DNA of 64,000 nucleotides from an uncultured Gammaproteobacteria bacterium (GCA_964415025.1 CAYPXF010000005.1:1484-65483); one strand, 5' to 3'. Positions 26,742 through 36,084 are shown, counted from the first letter of the stretch. The notes: a model not told the origin generated them from the sequence alone. Numbers and translations are program-made.

Positions 26742-28493
26742 ATGGAGCAAACACAACAACAAAAAAAACAATCAGCCATCCAGGTACTAATCGAGGAGGG
26801 GTTAGTGCCGACTGACCGCCTCGCCGAGATGAAAAAGCAGGCCAAGGACGAAGGAGAGCTGCTCGATCTTTTGAGTCGAAAAGGGATTGTTTCAGAGGAA
26901 GATATTACCAAGGCAAAAAGCAAAGTTCTGGGAGTTCCCTATATTGATTTATTTGGCAAATCTATTTCCCAGTCAGTGCTGCATATTATTCCCCGTGAGC
27001 TGGCGGATAATTATCATATTGTCGCTTTTGACAAGCAGGGCGATGAGGTGTCGGTAGCGATGGTTGATCCGGCTGATTTTAAGGCTATCGAAGCCTTGGA
27101 ATTCCTGGCCCGCGAAAATAATCTGAAAATAAAATACTATATTGTATCCATGAACGGCTTCCGTGAAGCGCATAAACAATACGCTACGCTGGGAGCAGAA
27201 GTAGAGGAAGCTCTTGCCAGTACTGAAAAGGAAGGCAAATCAGAGCTAGAGGAAATGTTATCCTCTGATAAGTCAGGCGAGGAAACGGTCAAGAGCGCTC
27301 CAGTATCAAAGATGGTTTCAGTCATCCTTAAACATGCTGTCGAGGGAGGCGCGTCGGATATTCATATCGAACCGGTGGAGAATGAAACCAGGGTGCGGTA
27401 TCGTGTCGACGGTGTACTGCACACCTCGCTGGTGTTGCCGCGCTATGTCCACTCATCAATTGTCGCCCGTATTAAGGTTATTTCAGATCTCAAGCTGGAT
27501 GAGACGCGTGTGCCGCAGGACGGGCGTTTCCGTACCGAGTGGGAAGGGCGTATTATCGATTACCGTGTTTCCACCCTGCCGCTGTTTAATAATGAAAAAG
27601 TGGTGATGCGTATTCTCGATCGCGCCGCGGTTGTTCTGGATCTAGAAAAACTTGGATTTGAGGGCGAGCATCTGGATGTCATGCGCGCATCGGTGAAGAA
27701 AACGGTCGGCATGATCCTGCTCACCGGTCCGACCGGATCTGGCAAATCCACCACCTTGTCCGCATTACTGACTATATTAAATAATGAAGAAACAAACATT
27801 ATCACTCTGGAAGATCCGGTCGAGTATTATATAGACGGCGTGAATCAGTCACAGATAAATACTGATGTCGGCCTCACCTTTGCTGCTGGTCTGCGCTCCA
27901 TCCTGCGTCAGGATCCTGATATTATCATGGTCGGTGAGATCCGTGATAATGAAACTGCCGAGCTGGCGGTACATGCCGCGCTGACCGGGCATTTGGTCTT
28001 GTCCACGCTCCATACTAACGACTCGTTTGGCGCTATACCCCGTATGATTGATATGAATATCGAACCGTTCCTGATTACCGCGGCGCTGAACACGGTGGTA
28101 GCCCAGCGGCTGGTCAGGCGACTCTGTCCGTACTGCCAAAAAGAAGCAAAGCTGCCAGAAGACCTCCAGCAATTCCTCGATAAGCAAATAAATCAAATCC
28201 CGCCAGAAATTATGGTCAAACGTTTTGGCAAGGAAAATCCAGAGCTGAAATTTTATGAAGCCGAGGGCTGTACTAAGTGTGAGAATACGGGCTACAAAGG
28301 ACGGGTGCTGATTGATGAAATATTAGAAGTAGACGAAGAGCTGAAAAACGTAGTGGTCACCAATCCGACTATTGATGCCATCCGCGAGACCGCTAAACGC
28401 CAGAATATGATTGCCATGGCCCAGGACGGCATTCTCAAGGCGCTGGACCGTAAAACGTCATTATCAGAAGTTCTCCGCGTGACCCAAGAATAA
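26742..28493 (+). CDS. pilB: type IV pilus extension ATPase PilB (GspE family)
   Basis: 583 aa; T2SSE_N-like N-terminus, Walker A LTGPTGSGKSTT, tetracysteine motif CPYC...CTKC. Confidence 0.9.
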   Translation: MEQTQQQKKQSAIQVLIEEGLVPTDRLAEMKKQAKDEGELLDLLSRKGIVSEEDITKAKSKVLGVPYIDLFGKSISQSVLHIIPRELADNYHIVAFDKQGDEVSVAMVDPADFKAIEALEFLARENNLKIKYYIVSMNGFREAHKQYATLGAEVEEALASTEKEGKSELEEMLSSDKSGEETVKSAPVSKMVSVILKHAVEGGASDIHIEPVENETRVRYRVDGVLHTSLVLPRYVHSSIVARIKVISDLKLDETRVPQDGRFRTEWEGRIIDYRVSTLPLFNNEKVVMRILDRAAVVLDLEKLGFEGEHLDVMRASVKKTVGMILLTGPTGSGKSTTLSALLTILNNEETNIITLEDPVEYYIDGVNQSQINTDVGLTFAAGLRSILRQDPDIIMVGEIRDNETAELAVHAALTGHLVLSTLHTNDSFGAIPRMIDMNIEPFLITAALNTVVAQRLVRRLCPYCQKEAKLPEDLQQFLDKQINQIPPEIMVKRFGKENPELKFYEAEGCTKCENTGYKGRVLIDEILEVDEELKNVVVTNPTIDAIRETAKRQNMIAMAQDGILKALDRKTSLSEVLRVTQE

Positions 28494-28511
28494 TTAATAT
28501 AATGGCACTCT

Positions 28512-28901
28512 ATGAATAAACAGAAGCAAACAACGAAAATACTGGTCGTCGAGGATGATAAATTTCTCGCCGGTATGTATAACACAAAGCTGGATCTCGA
28601 AGGGTTTTCCGTCATCGTGGCTAATGACGGCGAAGAAGGATTACGACTGGCTGAATCTGAAAATCCGACGATTATCCTGCTCGACATCATTTTACCGAAA
28701 ATGAGCGGGTTTGATGTGCTCAAATCGCTCAAAAAAAACGAGCAAACAAAAAAGATTCCCGTGATTTTACTGACAAACCTAGGCCAGCGCGATGACGTGA
28801 ATAAAGGGCTTGAGCTGGGCGCTGAAGATTACCTGATCAAAGCGCATTTCATGCCGTCTGAAGTTGTCGAAAAAATAAAAAAACTGGCGGGCAAAAAATA
28901 G
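28512..28901 (+). CDS. stand-alone response-regulator receiver (CheY-like REC) protein embedded between pilB and pilC
   Basis: 129 aa; KILVVEDDKFLAGMY...LLDIILPKMSGFDVL...LLTNLGQRDDV...GAEDYLIKA; no output domain. Confidence 0.8.
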   Translation: MNKQKQTTKILVVEDDKFLAGMYNTKLDLEGFSVIVANDGEEGLRLAESENPTIILLDIILPKMSGFDVLKSLKKNEQTKKIPVILLTNLGQRDDVNKGLELGAEDYLIKAHFMPSEVVEKIKKLAGKK

Positions 28902-28939
28902 TCTGCTAAAAACAAAGCAAATAAAAATTATACATAACC

Positions 28940-30145
28940 ATGGCCGAGTTTTTATACAAAGCACGAAACCAAGCTGGCAATGAAGTCAGCGGTGTTGTCA
29001 TGGCGCCGTCCGAAAATGTCGCCTATGGCATGCTGCGCGATAAAAACTTGTTTATTGTTTCGCTGAAGGAGAAAAAAACACTTGATATTCTGAAGGGGCT
29101 GAAGCTTTCCGGCGGCGTGAAGGCAAAAGACGTGGTAATATTTTCCCGGCAGCTGTCAGTGATGATGTCGTCTGACGTGCCGATTGTCCGGGCCCTGCGG
29201 GTGCTGATGCACCAGACTGATAATAAATACCTTAGCGAAGCGCTCGGCGACATAGCGGATGAAGTGGACGGCGGCGCCAAACTGTCCCAGGCCATGAAAA
29301 AATACCCAAAAATATTCAGTAATTTTTTCGTGCAAATGGTCCGGTCAGCGGAAACCACCGGACGTTTGGACGAAATTCTGGAGTATTTGGCAGACCAGGC
29401 GGAAAAAGACTATGACACGAGCAGCAAAGCGCGCGGTGCCATGATTTACCCGGCCTTTATCATCAGTGCCCTGGCGCTGGTCGGCGCGCTGATGATGATG
29501 TTTGTACTACCGCAGATTACCACGATTTTGACTGACAGCAACGTGGAATTGCCGATTACCACTCGGATTTTCATCGGCATCAGTGATATGCTGCGGGGGT
29601 ATTGGTGGGCCATACTGCTGGTTATCGGCGGACTATTATTTGGTTATCGCGCGGTAGTTAAAACTGCTGGCGGCCGCCGGTTTGTTGATATTGTGAAAAT
29701 CAGGATGCCGATATTCGGCCCGATATTTAATAAAACGTATTTGACGCGGTTCTCGCGTTCTTTATCCACCCTGCTTGCATCCGGTGTGACCCTGACGCGG
29801 TCGCTGGATATTGTGGCGGATGTTGTCGGCAATACGTTATATAGAGAAATTACCCAGCAAACCATAAAAGAGGTAGAGGCTGGCCGGTCGATCACCACTG
29901 TCTTTGTCCGGCAAAAGGAAGTACCACTCATGCTGGCGCAAATGATGAGCGTGGGGGAGCAGTCTGGTCAGCTGGATAAAATACTGGAAAAAATAGCTGA
30001 TTTTTACACGCGCGAGCTGGATAATTCTCTGCGTAATCTAACCACTCTGATCGAGCCGATCATCATGGTGGTGATGGGCGTGGCTGTCGGCTTCCTCGTG
30101 TCGGCAATTATTTTACCGATGTATAATTTATCTAATGCTATATAA
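28940..30145 (+). CDS. pilC: type IV pilus platform protein PilC (GspF family)
   Basis: 401 aa; two GspF repeats, three TM segments. Confidence 0.85.
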   Translation: MAEFLYKARNQAGNEVSGVVMAPSENVAYGMLRDKNLFIVSLKEKKTLDILKGLKLSGGVKAKDVVIFSRQLSVMMSSDVPIVRALRVLMHQTDNKYLSEALGDIADEVDGGAKLSQAMKKYPKIFSNFFVQMVRSAETTGRLDEILEYLADQAEKDYDTSSKARGAMIYPAFIISALALVGALMMMFVLPQITTILTDSNVELPITTRIFIGISDMLRGYWWAILLVIGGLLFGYRAVVKTAGGRRFVDIVKIRMPIFGPIFNKTYLTRFSRSLSTLLASGVTLTRSLDIVADVVGNTLYREITQQTIKEVEAGRSITTVFVRQKEVPLMLAQMMSVGEQSGQLDKILEKIADFYTRELDNSLRNLTTLIEPIIMVVMGVAVGFLVSAIILPMYNLSNAI

Positions 30146-30173
30146 AAACCGAGGCACGAGCGCGTATTTTACT

Positions 30174-30202
30174 TTGACATTTTGCTAAAAATATGATATT
30201 AT
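30174..30202 (+). promoter_or_regulatory. sigma70-like promoter for pilA (TTGACA-17 nt-TATTAT)
   Basis: consensus -35 and good -10 with 17-nt spacer, ~180 nt upstream of pilA. Confidence 0.55.
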
Positions 30203-30290
30203 ATACATACATCATTGCTCTTTTACGCTCATTTATCCTAATTATTAATCCAGCGCCAGCGTACTGTCCAGTACGGAAATAATAAATAGG

Positions 30291-30314
30291 CACGGATCAG
30301 TTACCGGATCCGTG
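30291..30314 (+). promoter_or_regulatory. 8-bp-stem hairpin (CACGGATC...GATCCGTG) in the pilA 5' UTR, preceded by a 14-bp palindrome GTACTGtcCAGTAC at 30261-30274
   Basis: perfect inverted repeats seen directly; ~70 nt upstream of the pilA ATG. Confidence 0.35.
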
Positions 30315-30384
30315 ATCTGTGAATATATTATTATTTCTTTTCACGGCAACGTTTTCGTTGGAATATTTGGAAGGGGGTGAATTC

Positions 30385-30837
30385 ATGAAACGAAAAGGTT
30401 TTACACTCATTGAATTATTGGTTGTTATTGCCATTATCGGTATTTTGGCCACGATTGGTCTGGTCGCCCTGAACGGTGCCCGGGAAAAAGCTCGTGATGC
30501 CACCAGAAAATCTGACCTCGGTCAGATTCGTACTGGTTTAGTATTGTATTCTGATGATTATGGCAGCACCTATCCAAATACCAGCGGCGTAGCTTCTACT
30601 GCATTAAGCGCATTGGCGCCTACATATATCACTCGTGTTCCGGACGATCCACAAAGCCCAACTCGTGATTATTATTACGCATCATGTGGTAGCGGCATAG
30701 CATCACCATTTTATGTGTTGTATGCTCAATTAGAATCACCAGAGGCTAGCGGCCATTATTATTGGATAATGGGTGATGGTACTTCAGACGATGATTACAC
30801 AACTGGTGTACCAAGTTGTACTTCAACACCAGATTAG
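30385..30837 (+). CDS. pilA: major type IV pilin (class III signal peptide, C-terminal disulfide loop)
   Basis: ATG at 30385 after AGGGGG RBS; MKRKG/FTLIELLVVIAIIGILATIGL prepilin leader and N-methylation site with Glu5; C-terminal Cys pair; the ORF track start at 30319 is probably too early. Confidence 0.85.
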   Translation: MKRKGFTLIELLVVIAIIGILATIGLVALNGAREKARDATRKSDLGQIRTGLVLYSDDYGSTYPNTSGVASTALSALAPTYITRVPDDPQSPTRDYYYASCGSGIASPFYVLYAQLESPEASGHYYWIMGDGTSDDDYTTGVPSCTSTPD

Positions 30838-30855
30838 TAGATAATACTAATATAC

Positions 30856-30890
30856 AAAAGCGCTTCTTGTTGTAGGGGCGCTTTTTGTTT
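30856..30890 (+). terminator. rho-independent terminator after pilA
   Basis: AAAAGCGC...GCGCTTTTT hairpin plus T-run. Confidence 0.55.
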
Positions 30891-30938
30891 TATATATAGT
30901 TCGCAGTAAAGGATAATGGGTGGTATTTTGTAGTATGA

Positions 30939-31053
30939 CTTACGCGGTTAAACTTTCAATTGTACCGAACGAGGGGAGCCCAGGCGAAAGCCTGCATAGG
31001 CTATCTTGTTATCAGTACACGCTTTCGCGTGGTCTCCAAGCGGACCGCGTAAG
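30939..31053. ncRNA. candidate structured RNA / cis-regulatory leader (~115 nt) between pilA and the glycosyltransferase gene
   Basis: perfect 10-bp long-range helix CTTACGCGGT (30939-30948) / ACCGCGTAAG (31044-31053) enclosing hairpins AGCC-CAGGC-GAAA-GCCTG-GGCT (GNRA loop) and CACGC-TTTC-GCGTG; family not identified. Confidence 0.4.
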
Positions 31054-31182
31054 CCGTGTGTTGTCTTGAGTATTTCTATTTTAGAAACAAACAACTGTGT
31101 AGGAGAACGGTTTTGATTATCAAAAAAAACAATAACCTCCTTCTCATTGCTCGAAGGCGACTTCTTTTGTTATAATAAAAAT

Positions 31183-32169
31183 ATGATTGACACATCCATC
31201 ATCATCCTTAACTGGAATGGTCGCGAGCATTTGGAGACGTGCTTACAATCCGTGTTATCGCAGTCGTATAAACAATTCCGCGTGATTGTAGTAGATAATG
31301 GTTCTGATGATGGGTCTGTTGATTTTGTGAAAAAAAACTATCCTGATATTGAAATTATAATAAATAATAAAAACCTGGGATTTGCCGAGGGGAATAATAT
31401 TGGCATCAGAAGGGTGCTGAAGGATAAAAATATTCGATTTATTGCCACACTGAATAATGATACAGAAGTTAAAGTTGATTGGTTAGAAGCGTTAATTACG
31501 TTAATCAAGACTGACGATAACATTGGGGCAGTATCAAGTAAAATGCTATGGTTTGATAAGCGCGATGTGATAGATTCTACCGGTGATTATTTCTTACCGA
31601 GAACGCTGAAAGTGGTCACCCGCGGGTATAAGGAAAAAGACACCGGCCAATATGACAGGGAAGAGGAATGTTTGGCGGCCCGGGCCGGAGCGGCGCTGTA
31701 CCGGCGGGACATGCTGGAGGATATCCGGCTGGGGACTGATTTTTTTGACAAGAAGTTTTTCGCGTATATCGAGGATATAGACCTGTCCATCCGAGCCCGA
31801 TTGCGCGGCTGGAAAATCATGTACGCGCCGCACGCCGTGGTCTACCATAAGGTAGCGGCCACGACCAAACGGATTTCCTACGTGTTCCGCCGTTACCAGT
31901 CAGGCCGCAACCGGATATTTGCCGCAATTAAGAATTATCCAATTCACTGGTGGCCATTTGTATGGCGCGGACGGGAGTCGGTGGACAGCGATTACCGATT
32001 AGGTACTGGAGAAAATCTGAAATTATATTTAAAAATAGTAGGTTCTCTCATAGTAAACATGCCGCGCTTGCTGATCCAGCGGAATATTATCCAGGAGCGG
32101 AAAACTATTACCTATCAGGAGATGAAAAAATGGCGGGAGCAGTTAGTTGTCCACCGTAAACAGGACTGA
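31183..32169 (+). CDS. family 2 glycosyltransferase
   Basis: IILNWNGREHLETCLQSVLSQSY...FRVIVVDNGSDDGS GT-A fold signature; start at 31183 preferred over the ORF-track 31147. Confidence 0.75.
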   Translation: MIDTSIIILNWNGREHLETCLQSVLSQSYKQFRVIVVDNGSDDGSVDFVKKNYPDIEIIINNKNLGFAEGNNIGIRRVLKDKNIRFIATLNNDTEVKVDWLEALITLIKTDDNIGAVSSKMLWFDKRDVIDSTGDYFLPRTLKVVTRGYKEKDTGQYDREEECLAARAGAALYRRDMLEDIRLGTDFFDKKFFAYIEDIDLSIRARLRGWKIMYAPHAVVYHKVAATTKRISYVFRRYQSGRNRIFAAIKNYPIHWWPFVWRGRESVDSDYRLGTGENLKLYLKIVGSLIVNMPRLLIQRNIIQERKTITYQEMKKWREQLVVHRKQD

Positions 32170-32240
32170 ATAGTCTTTTTTTGCTTTTGGTTGGTGTCTG
32201 TACAGTGGAGAAGACTATTTTTTTTTGCTATACTATTTGT

Positions 32241-34229
32241 ATGATTCTCGACCGGATTTCCGAACAAATAAATTCGTTTCGCCGCAATGTAATCGTGGGA
32301 ATTTTTTTATTTTTAGTCGTGTTTAGCTCACTTTTTTCCGGTGAATGGAATAACTGGGTCGTGAGCGTCCTGCTCATCCTGTCGTTCCCGCTGGTGTTTT
32401 TCATGATCATGGTCATCCGGGACGCGGCGCATAAACCGATACTTCGGTTTTCAGCCAGGTCACCGCTACTATATCTCATACTTTTCCTGCTGGTGGCTGT
32501 CATCAGCGGATTGTTTTTTTCTAGTGCTCCGCTGGCCAGTTTGCACCAGGCCAGCCAGTTGATGGGCTATGCTATTATTTTTCTGGTGGCCGGATTAATA
32601 CTGCGTGATTTTGGCCGGATCAAATTCATGAGCTGGATTATATTCAGTACCGGTGTACTGGCTGCGGTTATTAATATCATTCTGTTTGCCACAGATCCTA
32701 CAGTCCGGGCCGGCGGATTACTGCTCAATGCCAATGCCCTGGGCAGTTATGTATTGTTTAGCCTAGGACTCGGCATTACCCTGCTTCTCAAACCAACGCA
32801 AAAAAAAACAAAAGTACTTGTACTTGGAGGGACCGGCCTTATCGGATTAAGTTTTTTGCTCACGTTTTCCTATACTGGCTGGGTTAGTTTTATCCTGCCG
32901 CTCTTGATATATGCTTTTGCTTTTAAAACACAGCTTTTTCAGAGAAAAAAGGTTATCAGTTTTATTCTGGTGGTTATCACCGTTGTTGCCGCGGCGATTG
33001 GATTCCGCTATATGAGTACTGGTAATTTCAGCCAGGCCGTGCAGCTGCATAAAACAATCACTGCTGAAGCAGCGCAAACAAGTTTTTCCCAGCGATGGAA
33101 TTTTGTTATTTCATCTGGCGAAATATTTCTGGATAATCCGGTTATTGGGACGGGGCTGAATACATTCCAAAATATTTATCCGCAATACGCGCATACGCTG
33201 ATAGAACAGCCGCGGTACGCGCATAACTACTATTTGCAAACCGCGGCCGAGCTCGGGATATTCGGTTTCGCGGCTTTTACCGGGTTTGTGGTCCTGCTGC
33301 TACGGACCAGCTACCGGGTTATGAAAAGGGCTTTCCCAGATCCAGAAAAGCGGTATTATCTTACCGGGCTCGGATTAGGGCTGCTGGCTTCATGTATTCA
33401 CGCGGCGGTGGATTTTGGCTGGCGGTTTCCCGGTGTTTTTATCCTATTTTGGTTAATTGGCGGCATGTTCTGGGGACAGTCACTGCCGGTAGTATCGAGT
33501 GACCAGGCCAAGCCAAAGCGCAGTACGGTTAAAAATATCGCGACCGGCCTATTGCTGTTGATTGGTTTGGCGCTGTTAGTACGAGGCGTCACGTTATTTA
33601 TGAGTCAGGCGTATTTTGATAAAGGTCAGCGTGCAGCAGATCGTGATGAGCGGATAACAGCTCTGGCCGCTTATGAACAGGCGATACTGTTCAATCCATT
33701 GTCTGATACTGTCCGGGCCTATGCTGACATGGTTATTAACCAGCCGCCGCTTGATACTGCTGAACGACAAAATGCGTACACACAGGCAGAGACGTATTTA
33801 TTAGAATTCCGCAGCCGTAATACGATTGATTATTTTATTCCGTCGTCACTCGGCAGACTTCATATCGTGCTGGATGAGTATGATGATGCCGCGGCCTATT
33901 ACCAGGAGGCGATTTCCCTGGATCCGGTATTTCATCCCCGTTTTTACTATGACCTGGCGTTTATTTATTTTCAGCAAGGGGAGTATGAGAAAGTTTTCAG
34001 TACTACCTCTGGGATTATAGATACGTACGAAGGTATTGCCCGGACTTCAAATCCAAATCTGCCCCGGGATCTGGCTTTTCTCCACGCCCTCCGGGCTGAA
34101 GCTCATCTGGAACAGGGCGATACACAGGCCGCCATCGCGGAGTATATGAACGCGCTGGAACGCGAACCAGAATTTAGTATAGCTATCGAGGCATTAGCCG
34201 AACTGACTGGTGAATCAGGCAGTGAGTAG
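32241..34229 (+). CDS. O-antigen ligase (Wzy_C) domain membrane protein with C-terminal TPR repeats; candidate pilin O-oligosaccharyltransferase (PglL/TfpO-like)
   Basis: ~12 TM helices; Wzy_C motif YAHNYYLQTAAELGIFGF; C-terminal TPR-like repeats; sits directly downstream of pilA and the GT2 gene; ATG at 32241 preferred. Confidence 0.65.
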   Translation: MILDRISEQINSFRRNVIVGIFLFLVVFSSLFSGEWNNWVVSVLLILSFPLVFFMIMVIRDAAHKPILRFSARSPLLYLILFLLVAVISGLFFSSAPLASLHQASQLMGYAIIFLVAGLILRDFGRIKFMSWIIFSTGVLAAVINIILFATDPTVRAGGLLLNANALGSYVLFSLGLGITLLLKPTQKKTKVLVLGGTGLIGLSFLLTFSYTGWVSFILPLLIYAFAFKTQLFQRKKVISFILVVITVVAAAIGFRYMSTGNFSQAVQLHKTITAEAAQTSFSQRWNFVISSGEIFLDNPVIGTGLNTFQNIYPQYAHTLIEQPRYAHNYYLQTAAELGIFGFAAFTGFVVLLLRTSYRVMKRAFPDPEKRYYLTGLGLGLLASCIHAAVDFGWRFPGVFILFWLIGGMFWGQSLPVVSSDQAKPKRSTVKNIATGLLLLIGLALLVRGVTLFMSQAYFDKGQRAADRDERITALAAYEQAILFNPLSDTVRAYADMVINQPPLDTAERQNAYTQAETYLLEFRSRNTIDYFIPSSLGRLHIVLDEYDDAAAYYQEAISLDPVFHPRFYYDLAFIYFQQGEYEKVFSTTSGIIDTYEGIARTSNPNLPRDLAFLHALRAEAHLEQGDTQAAIAEYMNALEREPEFSIAIEALAELTGESGSE

Positions 34230-34278
34230 CCTACTATGTCAGCCTGTGATACAATAGTATTGAGTATATATTGAGGAT

Positions 34279-34761
34279 ATGAAACGAGGTTTTACATTAG
34301 TTGAACTGCTTATCACTATTTCCATCATTGGCATTTTGGCCGTACTGGGATTAGTGAGCCTGCAGGGTGCCCGTGCTTCGGCCAGGGATTCGCGCCGCAT
34401 TTCTGATCTGGCGCAGCTACGGCTCGGCTTAATGCTGTACTATGATGACCACCAACAATTTCCCATGCCGGTAGCCAACGGCCATGACGGACCAGACACC
34501 AGCGTCAGTACCACGACCGGAACAATTTTTTCGGATACTGACAATCCCCTGTATCCCAGGTATTTGAGCGCTCCGTTTGTAGATCCAAATAATAATGGCG
34601 CAACCGGCCACTATTATTACTATGATACTAACCAAAATACCGGGCATAATAATTATGTCTTGTGTTTTCATAAAGAAGGAGATGATCAACGATGGTTTTA
34701 TTTTTATTCTACCGGGATTTACGGCGAAGGGGATGCGTGCCCCACATTACCCGGCAGCTAA
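34279..34761 (+). CDS. type IV pilin paralog
   Basis: MKRG/FTLVELLITISIIGILAVLGL class III leader with Glu5; 160 aa. Confidence 0.8.
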   Translation: MKRGFTLVELLITISIIGILAVLGLVSLQGARASARDSRRISDLAQLRLGLMLYYDDHQQFPMPVANGHDGPDTSVSTTTGTIFSDTDNPLYPRYLSAPFVDPNNNGATGHYYYYDTNQNTGHNNYVLCFHKEGDDQRWFYFYSTGIYGEGDACPTLPGS

Positions 34762-34775
34762 TATAGCGCACACCT

Positions 34776-35195
34776 ATGTTTAAATCAGAACACGGCTTAT
34801 CGCTAATCCAAATCCTCATCCTGGTGGCTGTGTTTGGTTTACTGATCGGCGGCGGGTTTTTATTGCTTAATAATGAAAAAGCCAAGACCAGGGATGCTAA
34901 GCGGCTATCTGATATTACCAGAATTCAGGCCGCGTTTGAATTTCTGTACAATCAAACAGCCAGTTATACCGCGGCCGCGCAGGACGGGTGCGATCAAGCC
35001 GGTATGCTGGCAAGCCAATGTAATTTAAGCGCATATATCCCGGCCATCAGGCAGTTCCGTGATCCGGGCAAGTATCAGTATGTAGTCACTACGGTGCCGG
35101 GCGATGATGCCTATGCCGTCACCTTTCAGCTGGAAAAGGAATACTATAATCTGACGGCAGGCCAGCACGTGCTGACCCAGGACGGGATACAGTAA
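34776..35195 (+). CDS. pilin-like protein with non-canonical leader (Gln at +5)
   Basis: MFKSEHG/LSLIQILILVAVFGLLIGGG; prepilin-like hydrophobic N-terminus lacking Glu5; C-terminal Cys pair. Confidence 0.55.
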   Translation: MFKSEHGLSLIQILILVAVFGLLIGGGFLLLNNEKAKTRDAKRLSDITRIQAAFEFLYNQTASYTAAAQDGCDQAGMLASQCNLSAYIPAIRQFRDPGKYQYVVTTVPGDDAYAVTFQLEKEYYNLTAGQHVLTQDGIQ

Positions 35196-35331
35196 GAGGG
35201 CTTTAGTTGTTGGTTTTTTGGTGTTAGTTATCTTATTCGTTTTTGGTTGTTAGCATTGGACTGGAATGATCAGGATATGAGCCTCTCAACATGTTCCCAA
35301 ACAGGGTGTTTTTTGGTATACTAGAGGGACT

Positions 35332-36084
35332 ATGATAGGTTTTTTGGTGTTTGTTTTTGGACTGGTCATCGGCAGTTTTCTAAACGCGGTGATTTATCGT
35401 ATTCATGCCCGGGTCAGTTTTCTCCGCGGGCACTCGTTTTGTCCGGGCTGCCGTCATGACCTGCATGCGGCAGATTTGATACCGGTGTTCAGCTTCCTCT
35501 GGCAGCGCGGTAAGTGCCGATACTGCCACCAGCCTATTTCCTGGCAATACCCGCTCGTAGAAACAGCGACCGCGCTGATATTTTTTATGCTTTACGTGCA
35601 GTTTGGTTTGAGCGCGCAGTTTTTCGTGTATCTGGTTTATGCGGGATTTTTGATAGTTTTGTTTGTGTATGACCTGCGGTATTATCTCATTCCTGATCGG
35701 GTTTCCCTGCCGGGTATTATCGTCGCCTTTATCCTGTCATATTTTATCCTGGATATCGGCATTTTTAGCCTGATGGCCGGTACGCTGATCGGCGGCGGGT
35801 TTTTCCTGCTGCAATACGCGGTTTCCCGGGGCAGATGGATCGGCGGCGGCGACATCAGGCTGGGCGCGCTTATGGGCATGATGCTGGGCTGGCCGCAGGT
35901 AGTCGCTGCCCTGTTTATCGCGTATGTGACCGGTTCGATCGTGGGTATTTTTCTGATTGTATTGCGACAGAAAAAATGGCAGAGCCAGGTGCCGTTTGGC
36001 ACTTTTTTAACCGGGGCTACTGTGGTTACGTTTTTTTTCGGACCGCAGATAATTGATTTTTACCGGGATTTATTTTTGTTATGA
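35332..36084 (+). CDS. pilD: prepilin peptidase PilD (A24 family)
   Basis: N-terminal tetracysteine motif CPGC...CRYC; multiple TM helices; conserved Asp-containing loops. Confidence 0.85.
   Translation: MIGFLVFVFGLVIGSFLNAVIYRIHARVSFLRGHSFCPGCRHDLHAADLIPVFSFLWQRGKCRYCHQPISWQYPLVETATALIFFMLYVQFGLSAQFFVYLVYAGFLIVLFVYDLRYYLIPDRVSLPGIIVAFILSYFILDIGIFSLMAGTLIGGGFFLLQYAVSRGRWIGGGDIRLGALMGMMLGWPQVVAALFIAYVTGSIVGIFLIVLRQKKWQSQVPFGTFLTGATVVTFFFGPQIIDFYRDLFLL

Noticed and set aside
30319-30384. Upstream extension of the pilA ORF (MNILLFLFTATFSLEYLEGGEF...)
   Set aside because: The canonical prepilin leader MKRKG/FTLIELL begins at ATG 30385, right after a GGGGG RBS. The extension would bury the leader peptide.
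30939-31053. Assignment of the structured element to SRP RNA, 6S RNA or a specific riboswitch class
   Set aside because: The hairpin with a GNRA loop superficially resembles SRP helix 8, but the internal-loop geometry and conserved bases do not fit. I could not match any Rfam consensus by eye. It is kept only as an unclassified candidate.
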